A stretch of DNA of 60,000 nt from Callorhinchus milii (Eukaryota), in contig NW_024704742.1 in NCBI RefSeq assembly GCF_018977255.1, positions 137,890,001 to 137,950,000 on the forward strand, in the 5' to 3' direction. Position numbers and translations under genes: made by a program. This document shows, in pieces, positions 35,310-47,650 of this stretch. Position 1 is the first letter of the stretch; every line of letters begins with the position of its first letter. A model generated the notes under the pieces. It had not been told where the DNA came from, made no database searches, and saw only the letters and a program-made list of their open reading frames with translations.

Positions 35310-37570
35310 GAAATATAGACAGACATAGAGACAGAGAGAGACACACAGAGAAACAGGGACAGACAAAGACACACAGAGAGAGGTACAGAGAGGGAGAGAC
35401 ACAGAGAGACATAGAGAGAGAGAGACAGACAGGGGGGGGACAGAGAGAGAGAGGGACAGGGAGAGAGTTAGAGACAGAGAAAGAGACACAGAGAGACAGA
35501 CAGAGAGAGATAGAGAGGGGACCGAGAGAGAGAGTGTGACAGAGAGAGTGACAGAGAGAGAGGAGACAGAGAGAGTGTGTGACAGAGAGAGTGACAGAGA
35601 GAGAGGAGACAGAGAGAGTGTGTGACAGAGAGGGAGACAGAGAGTGTGTGTGACAGAGAGAGTGACAGAGAGAGAGGAGACAGAGAGAGTGTGTGACAGA
35701 GAGAGTGACAGAGAGTGTGTGAGAGAGGGAGACAGAGAGAGTGTGTGACAGAGAGAGTGACAGAGAGAGAGGGAGACAGACACAGAGAGAGGGGGACAGA
35801 GAGAGAGTGTGTGACAGAGAGAGTGACAGAGAGAGAGGGAGACAGAGAGAGTGTGTGACAGAGAGAGTGTGTGACAGAGAGAGTGACAGAGAAAGAGGGG
35901 GACAGAGAGAGAGTGTGTGACAGAGAGAGTGACAGAGAGAGAGAGGAGACAGAGAGAGTGTGTGACAGAGAGAGTGACAGAGAGAGAGGGGACAGAGAGA
36001 GAGGGGGACAGAGAGAGAGTGTGACAGAGAGAGTGACAGAGACAGAGAGGGAGACAGACAGAGAGAGAGGGGGACAGAGAGAGAGTGTGTGACAGAGAGA
36101 GTGACAGAGAGAGACAAATCCACCCCCAGTCCCTGTGTCTGAGCTCAGTCCAGTTCAGCACCACCAGAGGTGGACAGTTCCCAGGTGTCGGCAGAGAGAG
36201 CGAGGAGAGGAGGGAGGGGGAGAGAGGGAGGGGGAGAGAGGGAGGGGAGAGGAGAGAGGGGGAGAGGAGAGAGGGAGGGGGAGAGAGGGAGAGGAGAGAG
36301 GGAGGGGGAGAGGGGGAGGGGGAGAGAGAGAGAGAGGGGGGGAGAGAGGGAGGGGGAGAGAGGGAGGGAGAGAGGGAGAGGAGAGAGGGGGAGAGAGGGA
36401 GAGGAGAGAGGGAGGTGAGGGGGAGAGGAGGGAGGGGGAGAGAGGGAGGGGGAGAGAGGGAGGGGGAGAGAGGGAGGGGAGAGGAGGAGGGGGAGAGGAG
36501 GGGAGGGGGGAGGGGGAGAGAGGGAGGGGGAGAGGGGAGGAGAGGGGGAGAGAGGGGAGAGAGGGGGGGAGAGAGGGAGGGGGAGAGAGGAGGGGGGAGA
36601 GGGAGGGGGAGAGGGAGGGGGAGAGGGAGAGGGAGAGGGGGGGGGAGAGGAGGGAGAGAGGGGGAGAGAGGGAGGGGGAGAGGAGGGGAGGGGGAAGAGG
36701 GAGGGGAGAGGGGGAGAGAGGGAGGGGGAGAGAGGGAGGGGGAGAGGGGGAGAGAGGGAGGGGGAGAGGAGGGGGAGAGAGGGAGAGGGAGAGGGAGAGA
36801 GGGATGGGGAGAGGAGGGAGGGGAGAGGAGGGAGGGGGCCAGAGAGGGGGGGGAAGGGAGGGAAGGGAGAGGGAGAGGAGAGAGGGGGAGGGAGGGGAGG
36901 GGAGAGAGGAGGGGGCCAGAGAGGGAGGGGAAGGGAGAGAGGGGGAGAGGGAGAGAGAGAGGGAGGGGGAGAGAGGGAAGGGAGAGGAGAGAAGGGGAGA
37001 GGAGGGAGGGGGAGAGGAGGGAGGGGGAGAGGAGAGAGGGGGAGGGAGGGAGAGAGAGAGAGAGAGGGGCAGGTGAGGGAAAGGAAGCAGAGGAGGGAGC
37101 GAGAGAGAGAGAGGAAGCAGGGGAGGGAGGGAGAGAGGGAGGCAGAGTGAAGGAATCAGCGAGTGGGAGGTAAGAGGGCAGGGAGAAGGAATGAGGGAGA
37201 TAGAGAAAATGAGAGGAAGGAAGAAAGGTAACGAGAGAGACGGAGGAACCAGATGGAGGGAGAGGGAAATTAAAGATTTGAGGCAACAACACGGAATGAG
37301 AGAAGGGAAGAAGAAGAGATAGAAGGAATGTGAGGGGGAAGAGAGAAGTAAGACAGACAGAATAAAGGTGAATGAAAGAAATGAAGGAGAGAGGGGGGTA
37401 ATGAAAGAGGGGAAAAAACAGTGGGGGGGGGGGGAGAAAGAGTACGAGGCGGAACAAAATAGAGGGACAGTGAGGAAGAGCCACAGAGCAAGGGAATGAG
37501 TCAGAAGAGACAAGTGAGATGGAGAGAGAGTCAACAAGATGAGAAGAGGAAGAGAGGGGGAGTGAGAGAG
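35310..37570. repeat. GA-rich low-complexity region including a ~900-bp almost pure purine tract (36190-37070)
   Basis: GACAGAGAGAGT repeats followed by GGAGAGAGGG repeats. Confidence 0.95.
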
Positions 37571-38096
37571 AGGGGAGTAAGTTGTGGTCAACCTCATGAA
37601 TTTAAGAAGCTTCACACACAGTTACTCAGACAGTAACAACTCAGACCTCTCCTGATCCCAACTCGGGTCCAGATCCCTGACTCAGCAGCACCTTGGACAT
37701 CCTCCCAACATGAAAGGCGCTGTACAAATTTAGTTTGTTGTTCGTTGGAAACCCGTTGGTTTTACACTCCCTCCGAGTGTCCACACCTCAACACCTCCAT
37801 TCCCTCTATCACGTAGGCAACAAACAACTCATTTCGCATAATCCACACCTCTGTCTCCAACCCTGACCTGGGAGTGTGGACTTACACTGTCTCTTATCTT
37901 CTCTCCCTCATTCTTTGTGTATTAGGGTTAGAGACACAGTAAAGCTCCTTCCACGTCCACACTCCCAGGTCAGTGAGTGTTACTCATAGGAACAGGAGTA
38001 GGCCATTCAGCGACTCAAGCCTGTTGCACTATTCTGTTTAATCATGACTGATATCTACCTGACTCTCAGTTCTGTCCCCCCACACCCGGTGCTCAC

Positions 38097-38365
38097 CATA
38101 TGCTGGACGGCAGAGACAATCTGAGCGAAGAGCTTGCGTGCGAGGTCCTCGGGGAGGGGTCCCTCGGTGCTGACGCTGGTGAACAACTCACCCCCGGCAG
38201 CATACTCCAGCACCAGGTGCAGTCTGGTGAGGGTCTCTATCACCTCATACAGACGGATGATGTGGGGATGGTGCAGCCGCTCCATACTGGCAATCTCACG
38301 GGACAGCAACCGCTCTGTCTTCTGGTCCAGCTTACTCTTGTCCAGGATCTTAATGGCCACTTTCT
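38097..38365 (-). CDS. NIM1K: NIM1K second coding exon (VAIK lysine to helix E)
   Basis: ctcag|AG...ATG|gtgagc; 269 nt; phase 1 in, phase 0 out. Confidence 0.93.
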
Positions 38366-40741
38366 CTGAGGGAGGGAACGAGGGAGAGGGAGATAATATT
38401 AGAGAGAACTTGAGAGAAAAAGTGGAGGAAATGAGACCGAGAAAGGGGGCAGAGTGAGAGAGCGATAGAGGGAACGAGAGAAGGAACAGAGGAAGAGGGT
38501 ACGTGAGAAGAAAGGAAGGAGAGGGGAAACGTGAGGGGGAGAGCAATACAGAGACAATACGAATGTGAAAGGAGGACGGAAAATTTTATTTTTTTAGCAT
38601 TCTCAAAGGTTTCATAGGAAGTTAGTCGTATGTAGTGACTATTCTGTAGGCAAACTAATTTGCACACAACAGTGTACCACAAACAGCCATTGAAGTGATT
38701 AACCAATTTCATCTGGGGAATTGTCCGACAGCTTCGCAGGAATTCTTTAGTTGGCCGAGTGCCTTTCACACGCGGAAACTCATCACAGTGATCAACTGGG
38801 CGTCTGACACATGAAACCCCATCACTGATCAGCCAAGGTGTCTGACACACTCGGAAACCCATCACCATGCTTAAGTCTCCAAGCCAGACTGAGATTTCCA
38901 CATACGTACACACGGAATTATCCCTGTATCTGGAGTGGAATGCACACTCTCCCTGGAGGAATGCACTCTGTCCACCTAATTCAGGAGAATATTAGGCGCA
39001 AGGTTGGAAAGGAGCCAGGACTTGGGGACAACAACAACTTGCATTTATAAAAAGTGCCTCATGTAGGGTAGCGTCCCAGAGCCAGGGACCCCAGAATGTG
39101 CGTTAGGGTAACTGCTAAATAATAATAATCATACTTGCATTTCGTATAGCGTTTGTCACGTCTTCTCGACATCTCAAAGCGCTTCACAGAATATGCTGTA
39201 AAGTGAATTGACTGTATATTTGTGGGTGAACGCGGCAGCCAATTGCGCACAGCAATGTCCCACAAACAGTCGTGGGTTGAAAATGACCAATTTATTATTG
39301 TTTCTTTGGTTTTGGAGGTATTATTAGGCTCTGTGTGGAGTGAGGAAACTTGCCCGAGGTTTCGCCCTTACTCTTTAATGTTGTTTTTCTCAAGCATTTA
39401 TGGTTCACAAGTTTGGTTCAGACCAAGAGACCCATCAGCCCATTTGATCAAACCATTGGACTTAATAGCCATTTGTGGTAAAAGTGAACTGACTGTATAT
39501 TTGTGGGTGAAACCCATCAGCCAATTGCACACAGCAGTGTTCCATAAACAGTCGTGGATTGAAGTGACCAATTTATTATCTTTTTTCTTGAGGGATTATT
39601 ATTAGACGTGTGGAGTAAGGAAACTTCCCCAAGGTTTCTCCCTGCCTGGAATCAAACCCAGGTGTCTCGCTTGTGAGCTACAGGACTCCACGATAGTGCC
39701 ATGGGATCTTTTAACGTCCAACTGAACAGCGGCACTGTGCTCACCCCCCCCCCCCCCCCCCCCCACCCACCCACCACAGCGCTGCACTGGAGAGTCAGCC
39801 TGGATTGTGAGCTCAGAGTCCCCAACGTGGGGCTCGAACCCACAACCCACAAGCTCCTGATTCGGAGGTGAGAGCCTGAGGGGGGGGTGAGTGTTGCCAG
39901 GGGGTGGGCAATGTTGCTGGGGGTGTGGGGAGTGTTACCGGGGGTTGAGGGGTGTTCTGGGGGATGGGTAGTGTTGGCGGAGGGAGGGGAGTGTTGCCGG
40001 GGACTGGGGTGTGTTCCGGGGGGGGGGGCGGTGTTACCGGGAGCCTGTACCTTTGGTCAGCACGTGGATGCCGAGTTTGACCTGGGAGAAGTTGCCGCTG
40101 CCGATCTGCCCACGGAGCCGGTAAAACCCGATCCTGCGGCCGAGGGTCACCTCCTTTATGGTCCTCTCATCGTGTGTCACATCGTGGTTCAGCTTCTCCA
40201 GGGGGGTCAGTGTGCGGGACCTCCCGTCCCCCTCACACCCCTCCTCTTTGCCTTGCCCCTCACATCCCACTCCCTTGCCCTGCCCTTCACAACCCTCCCT
40301 CTTGCCCTGCCCCTCACAACCCTCTCCCTTGCCTTGCCCCTTACAACCCTCCCCCTCCTTGCCCTGCCTCTCGTACCCCACCTTCTGCCCCTTACACCCC
40401 TCCCAGTTGCCCTGTCCTTCGCACCCCATCTCCTGCCCCTTACTCCCCTCCCCCTTTCCCTGCCCCTCACAACCCTCTCCCTTACCCTGCCCCTCGCAAT
40501 CCTCCCCCTTGCCCTGCCCTTCACAACCCACCCCCTTGCCCTGCCGCTCACAACCCTCCCTGTCCTTGCCTTGCCCCTCACAACCCTCCCCCTCTTTGCC
40601 CTGCCCCTCATAACTCTCCCCCTCCTTGCCCTGCCCCTCACATCCCTTCCCCCGACCATGCTCCTCCACACTCTCCTGTCGGCCCCACCGGGTGTGGTGC
40701 TGGGGCCCTGGGCAGCCTCCGCTCACGTCCACCGCCATCAT
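38097..40741 (-). CDS. NIM1K: NIM1 serine/threonine kinase (AMPK-related), 3'-incomplete. Coding exons 40051-40741 and 38097-38365
   Basis: N-terminus MMAVDVSGG..HTRWGRQESVE, then LTPLEKL..EVTLGRRIGFYRLRGQIGSGNFSQVKLGIHVLTK|EKVAIKILDKSKLDQKTERLLSREIASMERLHHP...IVSAVQHM. Matches recalled NIM1K. Adjacent to HMGCS1 as in mammals. Confidence 0.92.
40051..40741 (-). CDS. NIM1K: NIM1K first coding exon (ATG to Gly-rich loop), includes an in-frame tandem repeat
   Basis: ATG at 40741; donor AAAG|gtacag at 40050 (phase 1); 691 nt open. Confidence 0.9.
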
Positions 40742-41600
40742 AGCCCGGAAACAGCGCCCCACAGGGGTGGGAGACAGGGAGGTACAAACGCTCTGAATTC
40801 TATCTGTTTGCCCTCATCACTCGCTCGGGGATTAATCCAAATCTTCAACTCCTCTCCCAAGATCTTCACAAGCGAAGACTCTCTCCCACATTGCGACGAG
40901 CGGGGATTTAGACAGGAAGCGGGGGGAGGGTGGGAGGGGGCTGGGGTGTGTATGTGCAAATCCTTAACGGTCCCAACACCCTGGAATGCCCTGACGTGAA
41001 AGGTGTTGTATTAACGTAATTTGTTGTGTGTGTGTGCGAGGGGAGGAGGTTGAGTTACAGTTGGGGAATAACTTTAATAAGAGGAAGGAGTGGACAATTT
41101 TCACCTCTAACCAACCTGCCTGTTCCCTGCTCGCTAGGCACCGCTGCCCCCCAGCTCCGGATTAGGGATCGGGATGACCGGGAGCCTCACTCACTCATTT
41201 TCCCATTCCCGACAACCCGAAGGGCTCGGTCAATCACCTCCGGCATTCCCGGGGGAAGAGGAATTCCTATTTTTTCCTGGGTTAAAGGCTCTGGACTTCC
41301 TCGGGTAGCGGGATGTGTGACAGCGAGACAGGCCGAGGTGGAAGGAGTAGAGAGTTTCAGGGGAGTGGGGAAAGTGGAGGGCATTGATGTTAATACATCT
41401 GCTCAGATGTGATAAACTGGTGGAACAGGCTGCGTGGGCTGAATGGCCTCCTCCTTATCCCTGTTTTGGATGGGGGAGGCAGTGGGCACTTTCCAAAAAG
41501 GTCTAAGGCTGTTAAGCGTGTTCTCTCGCTCCTCTCCTCTCACTCTCGTTCTCTCCGATGTGCAGTCGTCAGGAGCTGAACTGGGAGATGGCCTTTCTCT
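40742..41600 (-). other. NIM1K: Probable long 5'UTR part of the NIM1K ATG exon
   Basis: Mostly unique sequence upstream of the ATG, bounded by an acceptor-like ttttttgttgtgtcaacag at 41601-41619. The boundary is inferred. Confidence 0.35.
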
Positions 41601-43154
41601 CTGTTGACACAACAAAAAATTACATCTGTAGAGCTTCTTTTCCATCGGGAGGAACGTATACAAAACACAGACAGTTAGTTTAGGGCACTTTGCACATTAT
41701 GTGGTTAGAATCACAGTAAAAGAGGTGATGCCCCCCCCCCCCCCCCCCCCACATTGTGCCTTTGCTGGTGATTGCTCCCCACTGCTGCTCTCTACTCCTC
41801 CCATTTACCCTCAACCTTCACTTACTAATAATAATAATCCTTGCATTTGATAATAGAGCTTTACCACGTTGGAAAGACATCTCAAAATGCTTCACGGGAC
41901 ATACTGTCGAGTGTGTAGTGACTGTGTATTTTGTGCATCAACAGCGTCCCACAGACAGTCAAGAGGTGAGTGATTTTATCTGGGGGATTATCAGACAGTA
42001 AACCGGGAGAGAGAAATTCCCTTCTCTTCCAACAGCGCTGCAGGATCTTTTAACGTCCATCTGAACAGGGCACAGCCGGGGAGCTCGGTTTAACCCCTCA
42101 TCCAAAGGACGGCGCCTCCGACAACGCCATTTTCTCCCCCCAGCACTGCACTGGAGCATCGGCCTGGATTGTGAGCTCAAGAGGTCGGGTGGGGGGGGGG
42201 GGGCGGTGAGTGTTGGAGCCGGGATGGGGGGAGCAGGGACTTGCCCTGTGACCTCAGTTGGTACCACATAATGAATGTACTGAGAAGGATGGGGTCCGCA
42301 GGGGAGGAGGGACTCTTATTGTCCAAATGGAGGGCGAGGAATCAAAGCAAATCAAACCCAGGCCCTGAATAATGGATCAGGAAAAGCTGCTCTTGAAAGG
42401 CACGTGGGAATAACGAGGCGAGGCCTGGCTCAGGCTGGCAACCCCACTGCTGCTGTCGTCTCGTTCATAATTCATGGGGCCCGTCCCACTGGCCTGCGTT
42501 CACACCCCCCTCTACCCTGCACACACACGCGTGTTGTAAACGGTGGGTGTGAACATGGACTCACATTTGGCTGTAAACTCCAGCACTCCCATGACCACAT
42601 CACCGCCAGGACCTGATTGCAGAGAATTATCACTCAGTGTGTGGGTAACCTGAGAAGCACGCCCCCCCCTCCCCATTCCCCGGGGTTTGACACCGCAGCG
42701 CAGTGGGGGAGAGACCCCCGCATTGTCAGAGACGCCATCCTTCAGATGAGATGCTAAACCCATCTCAGTGTTTTGCCCACAAAATACACATTACAGTATA
42801 TCCTCTGAAGTGCTTTGAGACTTCAACATTGTGATAAGGCGCTATATCAAAGGCAGGGATTATTTTTATTATTGTATGCACGGAATGGATTGCAGTATCC
42901 TCTCTCGTTAATTGTAAACCACAGCTCTCTTCATTACGATCCAAAATTACATTTGTAAAGCACAGTTGAGGGTCAGACAAGATGCCGAGCTTCCAGACTG
43001 GCTCAGTGGAGTGTGCATCCATGGATTATCCTGGTAATCACAAAGCACGTTGATCAGATCACAATCTGATTTTCTCGGCAACATGGTGTGAGGGGGTGGG
43101 GGGCAATCAGAATCTTATTATTAGATTAATTAGATTAAAAGTTGTATTTTGTCT

Positions 43155-43700
43155 TTGCCCAGCTGGGTGTCTAACACGTGGGGAAACCCATCACCATTGC
43201 TTAAGAGTTTCCAAACATGACTGAGAGTTCCATGCATCCCTCCTACACGTGGAAATCTCGGAGATAGAATGTGGAATGTGCTCTGTCCTCCTGGCGGGAT
43301 GCATTCCTGCTGACCCAATTCCGGAGAGTATCCAAAGCCTTGACTGTCAGGCGCCTTGGGACGTCCTGCTGACGTGAAAGGCGCGATACAAGTGTAATTT
43401 GTACTGTATTAGGTGCAGTTGGCAAGAGCCCAGGCTTGGGGACCTCAGAGTGTGTGTGGGGGTAACTGCTGGAGTCTAATCAGCTAAAGCTGTATTCCTT
43501 GCAATTGAGATCACTATCTGGCAGCTTCCCCGCTGCTTGTCCAGCGAGGACCGCCCTCCCCGTTAGTTAGGGCTTTGGCTGTAGGGTTAACAGGAGCTGA
43601 GGGGGAGGATTCCCCAGTGACTGGTCGGCCCTTCCAGGTCCTGCCGCTGAGCCGGGCCGGGCTGTGAGTGCCCTGGGATACTGTGGACCCGCCCGGCTCA
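43155..43700 (+). repeat. Unclassified ~600-bp interspersed repeat; copies near 1-230, 13290-13705 (-), 22630-22725, 38760-39030, 44420-44645, 47845-48165 and 54145-54350 (-)
   Basis: Shared strings GGGGTAACTGCTGGAGTCTAA, GCTGCTTGTCCAG, GGAGCTGAGGGGGAGGATTCCC and GGCCCTTCCAGGTCCTGCCG across copies. Confidence 0.75.
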
Positions 43701-44546
43701 GCAAATAATAATTTTATAATTGTACTGGTTGTCGCTGTGCGCAAGGTGTCTGTCACAACGGTCTACAGAACACACAGTCACTACACTTCACAGCGAATCC
43801 CGGAATACGTCTCCTGAGGTGAAAACCACTGTATGAATCAGTTGTAAGCCGTCCATGGCCTCACCCCACCCTACCTCTGCGACCTCCTAATCCCCTACCA
43901 ACTTACCCACTCCCTCCGCTCAGCCGGCTCCGCCTGCTCCATGTCCCCCGACACACCCGCCCCACCATTGGCGGGAGAGCCTTCAGCCACTCTGCCCCCA
44001 ACCTCTGGAATTCTATCCCCCAACCACCGTTGCCTAAATAACCCCCTCCTTAGCCTCCTTCAAGTCCCACCTCAAGACCCTCTTCTTGGACCATGCCATC
44101 GGCCACTCCCCTTCCCCCCCCCCCCCCCCCCGATCCCAGCTTGGGTCTGAAATGCTGTACTCCTTTGGTCATCTTCCCACCCTCTACTGAGAGGAAAGCT
44201 CCAGTGGGGGAGTGAGCACCGGCACAGACACGATGGGGAGAGAGCAGGGGATGGGGTTAGAATACAGAGTGGGGGAAGGGGGCTGTTGATGGAGTCACTG
44301 AGAGATTAACATGTTTCCTGAGAGACACTCAGTCACCATCCCCATGGTAATCAGCAAGAAGTGTTAATCCTTCCTAACAACATCAGAGGCGAGAGAGAGA
44401 GAGAGACGGAGATTTATTTTTGCTGAGCCGGGTGTCTGACACACGTGGAAACCCATCACCGTTGCCTAAGAGTCTCCAAACCAAACCGAGAATTCCCTGT
44501 ATCCCACCTACACACACGGGAATCCCAGAGACAGATTGTTGGAATG

Positions 44547-44578
<32 letters not shown>

Positions 44579-45019
44579 CCCCTCTCCCTGGAGGGACGAA
44601 TCCTGGTTATCTAATTCCGAAAAGTATTAGGTGCAGATTGGCAAAGAGATAAAGGGACTGAGAGGGAGAGACAGAGATAAAGAGACGAATAGAGACAGAG
44701 AGGGAGAGAGTGTAATCGAGAGAGACTGAGAAATAAATAGCGCCTGAGGACGTCCACTTGATGTGAACGGCACTATACAAACATAATTTTGTATCGTATG
44801 GTAAGCTGAGATACTGAAGAGTGAGAGACACAGAGAAAGACACGGAACGACGACAACAAATGACATTTGTGTAGCACTTTTCTGGTCGGGAGGACACCCC
44901 AAGTCCGGACCTGGGATCAGAACGCGTATTGACACAATGCCTTTATCGCGTTTCACGGGATTTTTTTACCGCAACGTATTAGTGACTGTGCGATTTGTGG
45001 GCGGACCAATTTACACCGG

Positions 45020-46924
45020 AGGGGGGGGACAGTGTGGGGGGGACAGTGTGGGGGAGAGGAGGGGTGACAGTGTGTGGGGGAGAGGGGGGGGAGAGGGGGG
45101 GGGACAGTGTGGGGGGGAGGGGGGGGACAGTGTGGGAGGGGGGGGACAGTGTGTGGGGGAGAGGGGGGGGGTGTGGGAGGGGGGGACAGTGTGTGGGAGA
45201 GGGGGGTGACAGTGTGGGGGGGTGACAGTGTGGGGGGAGTATGGGGGGGGAGGGGGGGGGGACAGTGTGGGGGGGACAGTGTGGGGGAGAGGGGGGTGAC
45301 AGTGTGTGGGGGAGAGGGGGGGGAGAGGGGGACAGTGTGGGGGAGGGGGGGGGGGGGACAGTGTGGGGGAGAGGGGGGGACAGTGTGTGGGGGGAGAGGG
45401 GGGGGACAGTGTGGGGGGAGGGGGGGGACAGTGTGTGGGGGGAGAGGGGGGTGACAGTGTGGGGGGTGACAGTGTGGGGGGAGTGTGGGGGGGGGGGGGG
45501 GGAACAGTGTGGGGGGGGACAGTGTGGGGAGAGGGGGGTGTGACAGTGTGGGGGAGAGGGGGCGTGACAGGTGGGGTGCAGTGTGGGGGAGAGGGGGGTG
45601 ACAGTCGTGGGGGGGAGAGGGGGGGTGACAGTGTGGGGGGGGAGAGGGGGGGTGACAGTGTGTGGGGGGAGAGGGGGGGACAGTGTGGGGGGAGAGGGGG
45701 GTGACAGTGTGGGGGGGGAGAGGGGGGGTGACAGTGTGGGGGAGAGGGAGGGGGGGTGACAGTGTAGGGGGGGAGAGGGGGGGGAGAGGGGGGGGAGAGG
45801 GGGTGAACAGTGGGGGGGGAGAGGGGGGGTGACAGTGTAGGGGGGGGGGGTGACAGTGTGGAGGGGGGTGAGTTGGAGGGGGGGTGACAGTGTGGGGGGG
45901 GTAGAAGTGGGGATTGTGTGAGTGTGGGGGGGAGGGGGGTGACAGTGGGGGGGGGAGANNNNNNNNNNNNNNNNNNNNNNNNNGGGGGGTGACAGTGTGG
46001 GGGGGAGAGGGGGGGGTGACAGTGTGTGGGGGGGAGAGGGGGGTGACAGTGTGTGGGGGAGAGGGGGGTGACAGTGTGGGGGGGGGAGGGGGTGACAGTG
46101 TGTGGGGAGAGGGGGGTGACACTGTGTGGGGGAGAGGAGGCGGGGTGACAGTGTAGGGGCGGAGGGGGGTTGACAGTTGGGGGGAGAGGGTGAGTGGGGG
46201 GGGGAGAGGGGGGGTGACAGTGTAGGGGGGGAGGGGGGGTGACAGTGTGGGGGGAGAGGGGGGTGCCAGTGTGGGGAGGGTGGGGTGACAGTGTGGGGGG
46301 GGTCAGTCACTATGTGTGTGTGTGACTGTGTTGTGTGTGTGGGGGGGGGGGGAGGGGGGGTGACAGTGTGGGGGGGGGGGGGGTCAGTCACTGTGTGTGT
46401 GTGAGACTGTGTGTGTGTGTGTGTGACTGTGTGTGTGTGGGGGGGTCAGTCATGTGTGTGTGGGGGGGGTCGGTCACTGTGTGTGTGTGTGTGACTGGTG
46501 GCCTGTGTATGTGTGTGTGACTGGCGGCCTGTGTGTGTGTGTGACTGTGTGGGGGGGGGGGGGTCAGTCACTGTGTGTGTGTGTGTGTGTGTGACTGGCG
46601 GCTGTGTGTGTGTGTGTGTGTGTGACTGGCGGCCTATGTGTGTGTGACTGGTGGCCTGTGTATGTGTGTGTGACTGGCGGCCTGTGTATGTGTGTGTGTG
46701 ACTGTGTGGGGGGGTGGGGTCAGTCACTGTGTGTGTGTGTGTGTGTGTGTAACTGGCGGCCTGTGTGTGTGTGTGTGTGTGTAACTGGCGCCTGTGTGTG
46801 TGTGTGTGTGTGTGTGTGTGACTGGCGGCCTGTGTGTGTGTGTGTGTGTGTGTGACTGGCGGCCTGTGTGTGTGTGTGTGTGTGTGACTGGCGGCCTGTG
46901 TGTGTGTGTGTGTGTGACTGGCGG

Positions 46925-46957
<33 letters not shown>

Positions 46958-47465
46958 CTGGCGGCCTGTGTGTGTGTGTGTGGTGTGTGACTGGCGGCCT
47001 GTGTGTGTGTGTGACTGGCCTGTGTGTGTGTGTGTGACTGGCGGCCTGTGTGTGTGTGTGTGACTGGCGGCCTGTGTGTGTGTGTGTGTGACTGGCGGCC
47101 TGTGTGTGTGTGTGTGTGTGTAACTGGCGGCCAGTGTGTGTGTGTGTGACTGTGTGTGTGTGTGTGGGGGGGGGGGGTCAGTCACTGTGTGTGTATGTGT
47201 GTGTGTGTGACTGGCGGCCTGTGTGTGTGTGTGTGTGATTGGCGGCCTGTGTGTGTGTGTGTGTGTGATGGCCTGTGTGTGTGTGTGTGTGTGACTGGCG
47301 GCCGGTGTGTGTGTGTGTGTGTGTGACGGGCGGCCTGTGTGTGTGTGTGTGTGAGTGTGATTGGCGGCCTGTGTGTGTGTGTGTGTGTGTGACTGGCGGC
47401 CTGTGTGTGTGTGTGTGTGTGTGACTGGCGGCCTGTGTGTGTGTGTGCGAGTGTGATTGGCGGCC

Positions 47466-47499
<34 letters not shown>

Positions 47500-47650
47500 T
47501 GTGTGTGATTGGCGGCCTGTGTGTGTGTGTGTGTGTGATTGGCGGCCTGTGTGTGTGTGTGTGTGTGTGTGATTGGCGGCCTGTGTGTGTGTGTGTGTGA
47601 CTGGCGGCCTGTGTGTGTGTGACTGTGTGTGTGTGTGCGTGTGTGACTGT
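45020..47650. repeat. G-rich (GACAGTGTGGGGG) then GT-rich (GACTGGCGGCCT(GT)n) tandem arrays
   Basis: Directly visible periodic units. Confidence 0.95.
45959..45983. other. Assembly gap (25 N)
   Basis: Run of N. A single N also occurs at 20523. Confidence 1.

Noticed and set aside
35209..37615. Long ORFs of 304-733 aa
   Set aside because: Translations of GA/CT low-complexity DNA that lacks stop codons by composition.
39887..40999. 370-aa plus-strand Leu/Pro-rich ORF
   Set aside because: Antisense shadow of the repetitive NIM1K exon.
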